Part shown: positions 30,301-40,381 of the stretch, piece by piece | Position numbering within the stretch: position 1 is the stretch's first letter | Layout of the letters: each line of letters starts with the position of its first letter | NCBI GenBank assembly: GCA_963555815.3 | Contig: CAUVWX020000001.1 | Coordinates: 1,056,001 to 1,120,000 of the forward strand | Direction: 5' to 3' | Length of the DNA: 64,000 nucleotides | From: a bacterium | GTDB taxonomy: Bacteria; UBA8248; JACPRG01; G963555815 | Made by a program: the position numbers and the translations under genes | Notes under the pieces: generated by a model | Told to the model about the DNA's origin: nothing | Database searches by the model: none | Seen by the model: only the letters and a program-made list of their open reading frames with translations

Positions 30301-30981
30301 GGCTTGAGTTTGGGTCTTGAGGTCTTTGAAGCGGGAGGCCCGACGGGCTTGACGCTCCAGAGCGCGGCTCTGACGTCCCACCTCCCCGAGGATGTCCCTC
30401 ACCCGCTCGAGGTTCGCATCGGCGGCCGTGAGCTTTCTCAGGGCCTCCGTTCGGCGGACCCTGTACTTCGCGATGCCAGCCGCCTCTTCGATGATCTCCC
30501 GGCGTTCATCAGGCTTGGCCACCAGGAGGGCCTCCACCCGTCCCTGCTCCACAATGGAGAAGGAACTGGTGTGAAGACCGGTATCCAGGAAGAGGTCCAC
30601 AACGTCTCGAAGCCGACAGGATTTACGGTTGATGAGATATTCACTCTCGCCGGAACGATAGAGGCGGCGCGTCACGCTCACCTCCTCCAGGGAAGCCCAT
30701 TGGGCGGCCAGGCGCTTGCCAAGGTTGGTGAGGGTGAGGGTCACCTCGGCCATGCCGGTGGCTTTTCGAACGTCGCTCCCGTTGAAGACAACGTCCTCCA
30801 TGCGGCGGCCCCGCAGGGTCTTTGGACTTTGCTCCCCGAGGACCCATCGGATGGCGTCAACCACGTTGCTCTTGCCGCAACCGTTCGGCCCCACAATGCC
30901 CGCCACTCCCGAGCCGAAGTCGAGCTCTGTTCGGTCCACGAATGACTTAAATCCTTGAATTTGAAGGCTTTTAATGCGCAT
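27349..30981 (-). CDS. smc: Chromosome segregation protein SMC
   Basis: GFKSF, GPNGCGKSN, coiled coils with hinge, LSAGEK and LDEVDATLD. Confidence 0.97.
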   Translation of the reverse strand: MRIKSLQIQGFKSFVDRTELDFGSGVAGIVGPNGCGKSNVVDAIRWVLGEQSPKTLRGRRMEDVVFNGSDVRKATGMAEVTLTLTNLGKRLAAQWASLEEVSVTRRLYRSGESEYLINRKSCRLRDVVDLFLDTGLHTSSFSIVEQGRVEALLVAKPDERREIIEEAAGIAKYRVRRTEALRKLTAADANLERVRDILGEVGRQSRALERQARRASRFKDLKTQTQAMEGRLFRLDHAGLQRLLLPQQKAYEEVKTREAAIRAEWSSVDSEIEGRRVSLSEETEVLSKLRTQTLDAKSEIVRLEDRLNHCQEQRDALADAAKEREQESASVRPQRAGVDEALRLARQKAEGAEEKARQGDEALAQENSSLDAQKSLQAKREETFERLKGEVLAVLDQLTRTDNRLESLRRELPSLEGRREALLAEAKTEKDRLAEQSDKLDGARKKTTELRASTEEIKENEAKSALEAKTLGSELSNLEEAIYLLREKLATQKISLTALETTEENLNQWQGPKPGKGVSGSLQTVLKVKPGFEKAIEAVLGDLIEAFLTKRLEDAAQAIGYLKESGAGRESFLPLHPSEAEAPLSKPVDDPRVVASALTVVDHPREYAPILKVLLGRVLIVESLDAALSLFKEGRLSATFVTRDGEILLPFGILSGGYEKEAHGPFERKRMMEDLRLQWEEGQTKLQKAQASREELRGRREALQARTEELSQSGREGEHRLAEVLGQVETLSATTRQAEAALTVLGQEEDRLAKDLSQLQAELSQADGNREELAAKKEELERSMGELSSGTQEGRADLQRQAEGLLTFKVDLVQMRAEASNLASELRRLEEKMAELETRRSRLEEEQKRDEEKDKELEATRTNAMAQIQELFEQRRTGEETIRQKETGAQEEETVLSRLEERSRHLKNEMNTVQETLSKLSREVAQLEAERQVLRQQAREHLEIDLEDENSSDEEPSSDEEPTDELRATLRGELEELRDKMARIGDVNTGALDEYEELSERHQFLKKQQDDLLASIKKLRQTVDRINRTTRKRFVDAFEAINATFGEVYRRIFGGGRACLVLTEEDNLLESGVDIQAQPPGKKISNILLLSAGEKALTAIALLFAVFRYRPSPFCLLDEVDATLDDHNVGRFIGILEELARQTQFIVITHNKHTMTFADVLYGVTMEQKGVSKVVSVEWKTLDGNGKNGGNGTHDGATNGEAARVTTTEA

Positions 30982-31021
30982 GCAGGGCTCCCCTAGATGA
31001 AACTGTCACCCACTTAGCAAA

Positions 31022-31050
31022 AATATAACGAGAAAAATGGTGGATGTAAA
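31022..31050 (-). promoter_or_regulatory. Sigma70-type promoter of smc
   Basis: Minus strand TTTACA-17 bp-TATATT. Confidence 0.6.
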
Positions 31051-31057
31051 GGAAAAA

Positions 31058-31105
31058 ATACAAGAGGTTGTGGGTGAAAGTTTGATGAACCACTAGACAT
31101 TGTGT
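31058..31105. promoter_or_regulatory. Pair of NrdR-box-like operators
   Basis: ATACAAGAGGTTGTGG (31058) and CCACTAGACATTGTGT (31090) match acaCwAtATaTwGtgt, with starts 32 bp apart. Confidence 0.65.
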
Positions 31106-31155
31106 CTGATTGGATATGAAAAGGCGGTGGGAAGGACTGGCCCTTGGGGTGAGCT

Positions 31156-31887
31156 TTATACGAAAAGCTTCTGCAGCCCCCGCCGGGCGGCCTGTTGGGC
31201 GGCAAACTTTTTGCTATGGCCGGTCCCGACGGCGAGGGTCTCTCCGTCCACGCGAACTGCCATCTCGTAGGTCTTTTCATGTTCCGGACCATATTCCCTC
31301 AGGAGGAGATAATCGGGGGGTCGGCGCCTCTCTCGCTCAAGCTTCTCCTGGAGTTGGCTCTTGAAATCAATAAAAGGCTCCATTTCTCGGTCGAAGAGTT
31401 TTCGTATGAACGTTGCTGTCTCTTCGTATCCTGCGTCGAGAAAGACGGCGGCCACCAGGGCCTCAAAGGCGTTTGCCAGGATAGAGGGCTTCTGGCGACC
31501 TCCACTGGAGAGCTCTCCCTTGCCCAGGCGAATGTAGGGGCCTATCTCCAGGATGCGGGCCATCCGGGTCAGGTGTCTGGCGCTCACCAGCTGAGAGCGG
31601 ATCTTGGAGAGCTTGCCTTCGTCGGCTGAGGGGATTTCCTCGAAATACTGGTGACACAGGACGAGATCCAGGACGGCATCTCCCAGGAATTCCATCCGCT
31701 CGTTGTGGACGTTCGGGCGGCGGCCTTCGTGGGCGTAGGAGCTGTGGGTCAAGGCTTCTTCGAGGAGGGAGAGGTCCTTGAAGGTATAGCCCAGTCTTCG
31801 CTGGACCAGGGAGAGCTGTTCGGTCCGGTCTTCAGGGAAATGGGTGTCGGTAGGCGTTTTAGGATTTCCCGAAGAGGAGGCTGGCAT
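31156..31887 (-). CDS. rnc: Ribonuclease III
   Basis: [28 protein letters not shown] and a dsRBD. Start codon uncertain. Confidence 0.95.
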   Translation of the reverse strand: MPASSSGNPKTPTDTHFPEDRTEQLSLVQRRLGYTFKDLSLLEEALTHSSYAHEGRRPNVHNERMEFLGDAVLDLVLCHQYFEEIPSADEGKLSKIRSQLVSARHLTRMARILEIGPYIRLGKGELSSGGRQKPSILANAFEALVAAVFLDAGYEETATFIRKLFDREMEPFIDFKSQLQEKLERERRRPPDYLLLREYGPEHEKTYEMAVRVDGETLAVGTGHSKKFAAQQAARRGLQKLFV

Positions 31888-33100
31888 TGGTGCCCCCGAA
31901 CCCGAAAGAATTGCTCAGGCTGAATCGAATCGAGGCCTCTCGGGCTGTGTTGGGCACATAGTCGAGGTCGCACTCGGGGTCCGGTTCCTCGAGATTGATG
32001 GTGGGTGGGATGACCCCATGGAAGAGGGCCAAGATGGTGAAGACGTTCTCCACCCCTCCCGCACCCCCAAGGAGGTGCCCCGTCATAGACTTTGTGGAGC
32101 TGACGGCCAGTTTGTGAGCGTGAGGGCCGAAGACTTTCTTGATGGCCCTCGTCTCGTTGATGTCCCCCTGGGGGGTCGCCGTCCCGTGTGCGTTGATGTA
32201 GCCGACGTCCTCTTGAGGGATCTGGGCATCCTTCAAGGCGTAGGTCATGCACCGCGTCGGCCCGCTCCCGTTGGGGTCCGGTTGCGTCATGTGGTGGGCG
32301 TCGCTGGACATCCCGTATCCCAAGACCTCGGCGTAGATGCGGGCCCCCCGCCGTCGGGCCGCCTCCCGCTCCTCCAGGATCACAACTCCAGCCCCCTCTC
32401 CCACGACGAAGCCGTTTCGAGAACGGTCGAAGGGGCGGCTGGCTTTCTGCGCAGGCTCGTTGTGCGTGGAGAGGGCCCGCATGGCTGAGAAGCCGCCGAC
32501 GCAGAGAGCGCTGATGACCGCCTCAGTGCTCCCGGCAATGATGATCTCGGCGTCCCCACGCTGCAAGATGCGAAAGGCATCTCCAACGGCGTGGGTCCCG
32601 GTGGCGCAGGCCGTTGTCGTGCAGCAGTTTGGTCCCTTGGCCCCAAAGTGCATGGAGATCATCCCGGCCGCCATGTTGGCGATGAGCATCGGAATGAAGA
32701 AGGGTGAGATCCGGCTGGGCCCTCGCTCCAAAAGGATCGCATGCTGCTTCTCCAGGAGGGGAAGCCCCCCGAGGCCCACGCCGATGACGACGCCGACACG
32801 CTCCTCATTGTCCTCATTGATGGTGATTCCGGAGTCCGCCACAGCCTCGCGGGCCGCCACCAGGCCCAATTGGATGAAGCGGTCCATCTTCTTGAGTTCT
32901 TTCTTATCGAAGTGATCCTCAGGGTGGAAACCCTTCACCTCTCCTGCGACGCGGGAGGGATACTGGCTGGCATCGAAGTGGGTGATGGGGGCGATCCCCG
33001 AGCGGCCCTCTAGCAGGGAAGACCAGCTCTCGGCCACATTGTTTCCAATGGGGGTGACAAGCCCTACGCCTGTCACGACTACTCGCCGTTCCCCTTTCAT
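31859..33100 (-). CDS. fabF: Beta-ketoacyl-ACP synthase II
   Basis: [23 protein letters not shown] and [11 protein letters not shown]. Confidence 0.97.
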   Translation of the reverse strand: MKGERRVVVTGVGLVTPIGNNVAESWSSLLEGRSGIAPITHFDASQYPSRVAGEVKGFHPEDHFDKKELKKMDRFIQLGLVAAREAVADSGITINEDNEERVGVVIGVGLGGLPLLEKQHAILLERGPSRISPFFIPMLIANMAAGMISMHFGAKGPNCCTTTACATGTHAVGDAFRILQRGDAEIIIAGSTEAVISALCVGGFSAMRALSTHNEPAQKASRPFDRSRNGFVVGEGAGVVILEEREAARRRGARIYAEVLGYGMSSDAHHMTQPDPNGSGPTRCMTYALKDAQIPQEDVGYINAHGTATPQGDINETRAIKKVFGPHAHKLAVSSTKSMTGHLLGGAGGVENVFTILALFHGVIPPTINLEEPDPECDLDYVPNTAREASIRFSLSNSFGFGGTNASLLFGKS

Positions 33101-33148
33101 CTGGCTCTTTCTCCCAACGCGCTCCGGCGCCCCTCGGATCGCGGGCCC

Positions 33149-33388
33149 TTAGGCCCGGCTCTCAATATAGTCCAAGGCGTCCTGAACAGTTTGGATCTTT
33201 TCGGCTTCCTCGTCGGGGATCTCCATCCCAAAGGCTTCTTCGAGGGCCATGACCAACTCCACCGTATCCAATGAGTCCGCTCCTAGGTCGTTGATGAACG
33301 AGGCTTCTGACTTCACTCGATCGGGCTCAACACCCAGTCCTTCCGCGATGATCGTCTTGATCTTCTGGGTTTGCTCTTCTGAGAGCAC
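33149..33388 (-). CDS. acpP: Acyl carrier protein
   Basis: [21 protein letters not shown] start at 33388 after an AAGGAGG RBS. Confidence 0.95.
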   Translation of the reverse strand: MLSEEQTQKIKTIIAEGLGVEPDRVKSEASFINDLGADSLDTVELVMALEEAFGMEIPDEEAEKIQTVQDALDYIESRA

Positions 33389-33447
33389 GCGATCATCCCC
33401 TCCTTTTGCGCAGCCGATCACCACTCGTTGGGGTCCTGGCTGCTGGG

Positions 33448-34188
33448 CTACATATACATCCCACCGTTCACGTGAATCACCTGGCCGGTAATATAACTCA
33501 TGTTCGGGTCCGCCAGAAACCGCACGCAATGGGCCACGTCCTCCGGCCGCCCGAACCGCCCAAGGGGGATCTGGGGGAGGAGATGACTTCGACGCTCTTC
33601 CCCCACTGCTTGGGTCATGTCGGTTTCGATGAAACCGGGCGCCACCGCATTCACCGTGATGCCCCGCGGGGCCAGTTCCCGTGCCATCGATTTGGTGAAA
33701 CCCATCAGGCCCGCCTTGGAGGCGGCATAATTGCCCTGGCCGGGGCTTCCAGCGGCCCCCACCACAGACGTAATGTTCACAATCCGCCCGTAGCGTTGGC
33801 GGACCATGGCGCGGGCGACCATCTGGGTACAATAAAAAGTGCCCTTCAGGTTGGTATCGAGGACGGCGTCCCAGTCCGCTGGCTTCATGCGAAGGAGAAG
33901 CCCGTCCCGGGTGATCCCCGCGTTATTGACTAAGATCTCCAGCCCCCCAAAGGTGTCAAGCACCGTCTTCACACCTGCTTCGACAGTTTCCCGGTCCGTC
34001 ACATCCATGGGAACGGCCAGGGCCTTTCCCCCCGCCTTCTCCAGGGATGAGACGAGGGCCTGGGCATCCCCTGAGGTGAAATAAGTAAATGCGACGGTCG
34101 CGCCGGCCTCAGCCAGGCTTTCGACGACAGCCCGGCCGATCCCCCTCGCTCCTCCCGTCACCATGGCCCTTTGCCCTTGAAGTCCCAC
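33448..34188 (-). CDS. fabG: 3-oxoacyl-ACP reductase
   Basis: [16 protein letters not shown] and YAASK. Confidence 0.96.
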   Translation of the reverse strand: MGLQGQRAMVTGGARGIGRAVVESLAEAGATVAFTYFTSGDAQALVSSLEKAGGKALAVPMDVTDRETVEAGVKTVLDTFGGLEILVNNAGITRDGLLLRMKPADWDAVLDTNLKGTFYCTQMVARAMVRQRYGRIVNITSVVGAAGSPGQGNYAASKAGLMGFTKSMARELAPRGITVNAVAPGFIETDMTQAVGEERRSHLLPQIPLGRFGRPEDVAHCVRFLADPNMSYITGQVIHVNGGMYM

Positions 34189-34206
34189 TCCAAGTCTTCC
34201 ACGCGT

Positions 34207-35175
34207 CTAGTGTGCCAATGCCGCCGCCGTCTCCTCCAGGGTAGGGAGATCCTCGACGTTGTGGACGTGCACCTCAGGCACAATGCGCCGGGCGAGGCCG
34301 CTCAGGACCTTCCCCGGGCCCACCTCCACAAAAGTTTGACAACCCTCTGCAGCTGCCGTGCGGACCCCCTCTTCCCACCGAACGGGTGAGGTCACTTGGC
34401 GCTTCAGTCGCTCCTTGGCCACATCGGCGTCGGTGTTCACGGTAGCCGTGACATTATCGACGACAGGGCACCGAAGTTCCCGGAAAGAGATCCCGTCCAA
34501 CTCCTGAGCGAGTCGTTCTTCCGCCCCCCGCATTCTGGCGCAGTGGAAAGGGGCGCTGACGGGGAGCAGAACCGCTCGGCGCGCCCCGGCCTTCTTGGCC
34601 GCCGTCATCAGCCGCTCTACCGCCTCCCGGTCTCCGGACACGACGGTCTGGGTGGGGGCGTTGTAGTTGGCCGGCTCTAGAACCTCCTCGCCGCGGACTT
34701 CCTCGCAAAGGGTTTCTACCTGTTCTTTGTCGAGCCCGATGATGGCGGCCATGGCCCCCTTGTTGGGCTCGACCGCCTCGTTCATCAACTGGCCCCGCTT
34801 TCGGACGATCTGAAGGGCGTCGCCGAACCCCATGGCCCCTGCGGCCAGCAGGGCCGAGTATTCTCCCAGGCTGTGGCCCATGACCATACAGGGGGTGAGC
34901 CCGGCCTCCTCCAAGAGGCGAAAGCCGATGTAACTGTGGATGAGAAGTGCCGGCTGGGTGTTGACCGTCAGACGAAGGTCGTCCTCGGGTCCATGGAAAG
35001 ACAAGGAGGCAATGTCGTAGGACAATTCTTGGTTGGCCTGCTCATAGAGGTCGCGGGCCAGGGGGTGTCCTTTATAAAACCCCTGCCCCATGCCGACCTT
35101 CTGGGAACCCTGCCCTGGAAAGAGAAAGGCGACCTTCTCGCTCGTCTTCGTTCTCTCCCTTCCCTCACCAGACAA
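34207..35175 (-). CDS. fabD: Malonyl-CoA:ACP transacylase
   Basis: FPGQGSQ, GHSLGEY and VSAPFH. Start codon uncertain. Confidence 0.95.
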   Translation of the reverse strand: MSGEGRERTKTSEKVAFLFPGQGSQKVGMGQGFYKGHPLARDLYEQANQELSYDIASLSFHGPEDDLRLTVNTQPALLIHSYIGFRLLEEAGLTPCMVMGHSLGEYSALLAAGAMGFGDALQIVRKRGQLMNEAVEPNKGAMAAIIGLDKEQVETLCEEVRGEEVLEPANYNAPTQTVVSGDREAVERLMTAAKKAGARRAVLLPVSAPFHCARMRGAEERLAQELDGISFRELRCPVVDNVTATVNTDADVAKERLKRQVTSPVRWEEGVRTAAAEGCQTFVEVGPGKVLSGLARRIVPEVHVHNVEDLPTLEETAAALAH

Positions 35176-36148
35176 CGGCTGAGGCCCCCCAGGTGAGCCC
35201 CCCGCCGAAGGCAGCCATCAGGATCTTGTCCCCCTCGCGGACTCGTTTCTCTCGCACCGCCTCATCCAGGGCGATGGGAATTGTCGCAGACGAGATATTA
35301 CCATACTTGTGGATCGTGACGTAGATCTTTTCCGACGGGAAAGACATGCGTTTCGCCACGGCATCAATGATACGGATGTTGGCTTGATGGGGAACAAAGA
35401 GGGCGATGTCCTCTGGGCGAAGGGCATTGTGTTCCAAGACCTCCTGGCACACCTCGCCGAAAGCCCGGACGGCGATCTTGAAGGAATCAGGGCCCTGCAT
35501 CTTGATGGTGTGACGGTCCTCATCCACGGTCTGATGAGAGATGGGTGTTGCCCGTGACCCACCCCCCGTCATGACGAGCATGGGACCCCGGCTTCCGTCC
35601 GAGTGGATGTGAGTCGAGAGCACTCCCCGACCGTCCTCGCTGGCGGCCAGGACCACAGCCCCTGCCCCATCCCCCCACAGGATGCAGGTCGAGCGGTCTT
35701 TCCAGTTCACCGTCCGCGACATGACCTCGGCGGCCACAAAGAGGATGTGACGGGCGGAGCCTGAGCGGATGTACTGGTCCGCCACCGAGAGGCCGAAGAT
35801 GAAGCCCGAGCAGGCGGCGTTCAGGTCGAAGGCGACCGCTCGGGTGGCGTTCAGCCGATCTTGAAGCCAGCAGGCTGCCGACGGGCAGTAGGTGTCCGGG
35901 GTGATGGTTGCGACGATGATCATATCGAGGTCACCAGGGGAGACACCGGCCGCCTCCAGGGCTCTTTGGGCGGCGGGCAGGGCAAGATCCGAGGTCGCCA
36001 CGTCAGGGTCGGCGATCCGGCGCTCCAGGATCCCCGTCCGGCTGCGGATCCACTCGTCCGAAGTGTCCACTATCCCCGCCAGATCCTCATTTCGCAAGAC
36101 CCGCTCGGGCAGGTAGGACCCGGTTCCCATGATCCGAGTTCGCTTCAC
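35165..36148 (-). CDS. fabH: Beta-ketoacyl-ACP synthase III
   Basis: AACSGF, PHQANIRI and YGNISSA. GTG start overlaps the plsX stop. Confidence 0.95.
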   Translation of the reverse strand: MKRTRIMGTGSYLPERVLRNEDLAGIVDTSDEWIRSRTGILERRIADPDVATSDLALPAAQRALEAAGVSPGDLDMIIVATITPDTYCPSAACWLQDRLNATRAVAFDLNAACSGFIFGLSVADQYIRSGSARHILFVAAEVMSRTVNWKDRSTCILWGDGAGAVVLAASEDGRGVLSTHIHSDGSRGPMLVMTGGGSRATPISHQTVDEDRHTIKMQGPDSFKIAVRAFGEVCQEVLEHNALRPEDIALFVPHQANIRIIDAVAKRMSFPSEKIYVTIHKYGNISSATIPIALDEAVREKRVREGDKILMAAFGGGLTWGASAVVW

Positions 36149-37296
36149 GGTTGCTGGCCTCCGGGAGTGACCCCCTGCGGCGGCTCTTCCTCTGTCTCGG
36201 CCGAATCCCCTCGATGGATGCTCTCCCGGAGCTGCTTCCAAAGCCGGTGCCCCATGTGGGTTTCCAGCTCTACATCGGCGTTCGATTCGATCTCACGCTG
36301 GATCTGGCCAACGAGCCCGTTACGGGAGGCCTCCATCGCCATTCGGATGGCGTTCTGGATGGCCTTGGCGTTGGAGCCCCCATGGGCCTTGATGCAGATG
36401 CCGTTGAGGCCGAGGAGGGGGGCGCCGCCGTAATTTGTGTAATCCATTCGCTGGCGAAGGTCCGTCAAGCCGTCCTGGAGGAGGCGATGGCCAAGGCGAC
36501 CCCTCCAAGACTTGATGCGCTCTGGGAAGAGGACATTCGCGAAGACATCTGTCAGCCCCTCGAGGATCTTCAGGGCCACGTTTCCTGTGAATCCATCGCA
36601 GACAATGACGTCGGCCCTGCCCCGATAGACTTCGGTCCCTTCAACGTTCCCGATGAAGTTGACAGAGCTTCGGGCCAAAAGTTCAAAGGCCGTCTTGGTG
36701 ATCTTGTTCCCCTTTGTATCTTCCGTCCCGACGTTGAGAAGCCCCACGCTGGGGCGCGGGATCTTCAGGAGGGCGTGGGCGTAGGCGGAGCCCATGAGGC
36801 CAAACTGGAAGAGTTGGAGGGGCTTGCAGTCCATATTAGCGCCGATATCGAGGAGAACAGAGTAACCCTTGGTAGTGGGGATGAGGGAAGTGATGGCCGG
36901 GCGATCGATCCCGTGGATCTTGTTGAGGAGAAGGGTGGCCGCCACCAGAAGGGCCCCCGTATTTCCGGCGCTCACTATGGCAGAGGCCTCGCCCGTTTGG
37001 ACCGTCTCGACTGCGATGCGCATGGAGGAATCGCGCTTTTGCTTGACGGCGGCTAAGGGCGTGTCTGACATCTCGATCCGCTGCGATGCGTGGCGGATTC
37101 CAAGGGGCAGATCCTCAGCCTGAAGCCGTTTCAGCTCTCGGCGGATGGCCCCTTCCTCTCCGACGAGAAGGAGGTTCGCCCCGTACTCTCGATGGGCGAC
37201 CACAGCCCCCTCCACGACCACTGCGGGGGCCTTATCCCCTCCCATAGCATCCAGGGTGATCTTCATGATCTGGGTGCCTTCGGTAAGGGCGCTCAT
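36145..37296 (-). CDS. plsX: Phosphate acyltransferase PlsX
   Basis: DAMGGDKAP, SAGNTGA and DGFTGNVALK. Start may be 37266. Confidence 0.96.
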   Translation of the reverse strand: MSALTEGTQIMKITLDAMGGDKAPAVVVEGAVVAHREYGANLLLVGEEGAIRRELKRLQAEDLPLGIRHASQRIEMSDTPLAAVKQKRDSSMRIAVETVQTGEASAIVSAGNTGALLVAATLLLNKIHGIDRPAITSLIPTTKGYSVLLDIGANMDCKPLQLFQFGLMGSAYAHALLKIPRPSVGLLNVGTEDTKGNKITKTAFELLARSSVNFIGNVEGTEVYRGRADVIVCDGFTGNVALKILEGLTDVFANVLFPERIKSWRGRLGHRLLQDGLTDLRQRMDYTNYGGAPLLGLNGICIKAHGGSNAKAIQNAIRMAMEASRNGLVGQIQREIESNADVELETHMGHRLWKQLRESIHRGDSAETEEEPPQGVTPGGQQP

Positions 37297-37475
37297 GCCT
37301 TTTTGGGGGCGAGCACCTCACGGCCACGGTAGAAGCCGCAGTGTGGACAGACGCGGTGGGGAAGCTTCACCGTACGGCACTTGGGACAGACGGACATGGC
37401 CGGAGCAGGGATCTTCCAATTGGCCCGTCGCTTGTCTCGGCGGGCTTTTGAAGTTTTACGCTTTGGTAGCGGCAT
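37293..37475 (-). CDS. rpmF: 50S ribosomal protein L32
   Basis: PKRKTSKARRDKRR and CPKC..CPHCGFY. Confidence 0.96.
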   Translation of the reverse strand: MPLPKRKTSKARRDKRRANWKIPAPAMSVCPKCRTVKLPHRVCPHCGFYRGREVLAPKKA

Positions 37476-38022
37476 CTTTCCTCTCGGGGGAGCCCCCCAC
37501 GCCCTTGAGGTGGGCCAGGGCCGCCCATCGGGGATCCCCCTCCTGTGGGGGACACTGACAGAGACCCTTGTTTAGGTCCCTCCCGCACTGGGGGCAAAGG
37601 CCAGCACAATCAGTTCGACAAAGGGGCTGCAGCGGAACCGCCGAGCCCAAATGATCCCGGATTGCTTCTTTGAGGTCAATCTCCCCTGTCTCGTAAGAAT
37701 AGGTGTCGAAATCCTGGGCTTCAAGTTCCAGCTCTTCTTCAGTCGGTGGGGAGACCTTGGCCTGGAAGGTGACAGCGAAACCCACCTCCAAGGAATGGTG
37801 GAACTTTTGAAGACAGCGACCGCATTCCATGATGAGGGTCGCCTGAAGCTTTCCCCGGCACAAGACAGCCGAGTCAAATCGCTGAAGCAGGCAGCTCCCC
37901 TTGACGGGGGAGATCCATGAAGAATCCTCGCCCTCTAGCTCGAGATGGGAGGACTTTTCCCCGAAATTGACTGTCAGGCCCTCTTGCGGAATGTCCTGAA
38001 TCGGAACCCTCAGGCCCTTCAT
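37456..38022 (-). CDS. yceD: YceD/DUF177 family protein
   Basis: CGRCL, PLCRTDCAGLCPQCG and DPRWAAL; upstream of rpmF. Confidence 0.92.
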   Translation of the reverse strand: MKGLRVPIQDIPQEGLTVNFGEKSSHLELEGEDSSWISPVKGSCLLQRFDSAVLCRGKLQATLIMECGRCLQKFHHSLEVGFAVTFQAKVSPPTEEELELEAQDFDTYSYETGEIDLKEAIRDHLGSAVPLQPLCRTDCAGLCPQCGRDLNKGLCQCPPQEGDPRWAALAHLKGVGGSPERKDAATKA

Positions 38023-38167
38023 TTGGGAATCAAGCCTAGGAAGAGGAAAGGGGGACAACCTCTGCTGGATCCCCTTTCAAACCAGGGGCCCAAGATTGTT
38101 AGTATGCTAGGCTTTCCCCCACTTTTTGTCAAGGCCAAAAAAAGATACCTCCACTAAAATCAAATAA

Positions 38168-39115
38168 TTAGGGGGCCAGGAACAGATCCAAGACCAGCGC
38201 TTCCCGAAGCCCCCAGTGACTGACCAGAATGGAGGGGGCCCGGCAGAGGGTCTTGACCGCCCGAAAGATGGCGAGGCCCGGAAGAATCGTGTCCCATCGC
38301 CCTCGCTCCAGAAAGGGCATCTGGCTCCTTTCCTCCCTGCTCGCATGGGCTACCCGTTGATAAGTCGCCTCCAGGGCCTCCTCCGAGACAGAAAGGCCAT
38401 TGATGGCGTCCGCGTCCTGGAGGGAAATCTCGTGCACCATGGCCCCCAGGTTGGCGGCGGTCCCCCCAGTCGCGATGAGAGCCGCAGGCGGGTCCAAAGG
38501 GAGGTGACATCCTTCGAGTGAGCCCCTGAAGACCTCGGTCACATAGTCCTCGAGGGCCGCCCTGTCTTTCGCTGGCTCCCCCAGGGGAAAGCGGCGAAGG
38601 AGGTTTAAAGACCCGATGGGCTCGCTCCTCCACCAGAGCAGTTCCCCGCCTCTTGTCAGCGAGAGCTCTGTGCTTCCTCCTCCCACATCGACTGTCAAGG
38701 CGGAATCGGGCGGGGGGGATAAGGACATCAGGGCTCCACGGGCCGACAGGCGGGCCTCCTCTTCGAGACTGAGAATCCGAAGGGGAAACCCAAGTTCTCG
38801 AGAGATCCTCTCGCTCAGGGCCGACCGGTTGGTGGCGGTTCGCACAGCGCTGGTCCTAGCCACGAGCCTTCGGGTCGCTCCGAGGGTGTCCATCTTCTTT
38901 TCGAAAACCCGAAGCACTTCCAGGGTCTTTTCGATGGCCTCGTCCGAGAGGCCACCCGCAGGCAGAAGGCCCTCTTCGAGGCGGGTCACAACTCGATCGT
39001 CGAAGAGGGTCTCAAAGCGTGCAGGGGCTGCTCTCTTGGAAAAGGGAAGTCTTGCCACCCGGAGCCTGGCCGCATGAGATCCAAGGTCCACGACAGCGGC
39101 CACGACTTCTTTCAC
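38168..39115 (-). CDS. ppx: Ppx/GppA family phosphatase
   Basis: VDLGSH, TSAVR, EEEARL, DVGGGSTE and GLRE. Confidence 0.88.
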   Translation of the reverse strand: MKEVVAAVVDLGSHAARLRVARLPFSKRAAPARFETLFDDRVVTRLEEGLLPAGGLSDEAIEKTLEVLRVFEKKMDTLGATRRLVARTSAVRTATNRSALSERISRELGFPLRILSLEEEARLSARGALMSLSPPPDSALTVDVGGGSTELSLTRGGELLWWRSEPIGSLNLLRRFPLGEPAKDRAALEDYVTEVFRGSLEGCHLPLDPPAALIATGGTAANLGAMVHEISLQDADAINGLSVSEEALEATYQRVAHASREERSQMPFLERGRWDTILPGLAIFRAVKTLCRAPSILVSHWGLREALVLDLFLAP

Positions 39116-39139
39116 CAGACTCGCCCCTTGGGCAGGTCC

Positions 39140-40126
39140 CTAAAGAATCTTTCCCAGCACCATGGCCACAACCCAGGCGATCAGTCCGCACGCGGGAAAG
39201 GTCAGGACCCAGGCGCCAACAATTCTACCGGCTACCCCCCACCGGACGGCCGAGAGGCGCTGAGACGCCCCGACACCCATAATCGCTGTGTTGATGGTAT
39301 GGGTGGTGCTCAGGGGGATCCCCATGACCGAGGCCACCTGAATAGCTACTGCCGCCCCTGTCTCAGCGGCAAAGCCATGGTGGGGTTCCAGCTTGACCAT
39401 ATTCATCCCGATGGTCTTGATGATGCGCCACCCCCCAACGGCGGTGCCCACACCGATCACCGTGGACAAGAGGACAATAACCTGCCACGTGACCTGGAAC
39501 TCTGAGATCACGCCTCCGAGCAAGAGGGCCAGGGTGAAGACCCCGATGAACTTCTGGCCATCGTTGCTGCCGTGGCCGAAGGCCATAAAGGCCGCCGACA
39601 ACACCTGAAGTTTTCCAAAGGTCTTGCGGACTGAACGAGGACTCGCCCGGCGAAAGAGCCAATAGATGCTGACGATAATGATCCCGCCGCCCCCAAAGCC
39701 GAGGAACGTGGAGAAGACCAGCCCCACGAGAACCTTCTGCCACCCCGCCCAAAGGAGGGCCGAGGGCCCGGCTGCCGCCAGGCCCGCCCCTGTGAGACCA
39801 GCGACGAGAGCGTGGCTCTCGCTTGTGGGCAGCCCGTAACGCCACGCCAAGGTGCTCCAGACGATAATCGCCACCATGGCCGCTGCCACCGTCACGAGGC
39901 TGATCACCTCAGATTTCACGATCCCCGTTCCGATGGTGGCGGCGACCGCCGTCCCGGACATCGCCCCCGCCATATTCAGAACGCCAGCCATGACCACTGC
40001 TTTTCCGGGGCTGAGCACCCGCGTAGAGACCACCGTGGCGATGGCGTTTGGGGCGTCGGTCCAACCGTTGACGAACTCAGCCCATAACACCAGGATCAGT
40101 ACGAGAACGAGCGCTGCCGAGAACAT
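39140..40126 (-). CDS. pit: PiT-family inorganic phosphate transporter
   Basis: NGWTDAPNAIATVVST, GLPTSESHAL, HGSNDGQK and PLSTTH. Confidence 0.93.
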   Translation of the reverse strand: MFSAALVLVLILVLWAEFVNGWTDAPNAIATVVSTRVLSPGKAVVMAGVLNMAGAMSGTAVAATIGTGIVKSEVISLVTVAAAMVAIIVWSTLAWRYGLPTSESHALVAGLTGAGLAAAGPSALLWAGWQKVLVGLVFSTFLGFGGGGIIIVSIYWLFRRASPRSVRKTFGKLQVLSAAFMAFGHGSNDGQKFIGVFTLALLLGGVISEFQVTWQVIVLLSTVIGVGTAVGGWRIIKTIGMNMVKLEPHHGFAAETGAAVAIQVASVMGIPLSTTHTINTAIMGVGASQRLSAVRWGVAGRIVGAWVLTFPACGLIAWVVAMVLGKIL

Positions 40127-40222
40127 ACTGTTTCCCCACCTTATCGATTAGAGCGAATTCCTTTAAAAGAACCTTCCGGAAATCTCCCTCAAAATCCCAT
40201 TTTTTGAGCCCCCCGCTCATTT

Positions 40223-40239
40223 TTGGCGCGATTTTTGCT
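40223..40239 (+). promoter_or_regulatory. Sigma54 (-24/-12) promoter
   Basis: TTGGCGCGATTTTTGCT matches YTGGCACGRNNNTTGCW with exact GG-N10-GC spacing. Confidence 0.6.
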
Positions 40240-40381
40240 TACCCAAACCGATAGGTCATCCACTTGATCTATGAGTGAGACAGGCTCACTGAAATTCCCG
40301 CTCCTTCCCCAAACGGGGACTGGGCTTTTAAGGGGGCTGGAAGTTTCCCCCGCTTCCTAGGCTTTTTCCAGGGAGGAGACA

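Noticed and set aside
33389..33832. 227-aa N-terminally extended ACP
   Set aside because: The extension overlaps fabG out of frame, and a strong RBS supports GTG at 33388.
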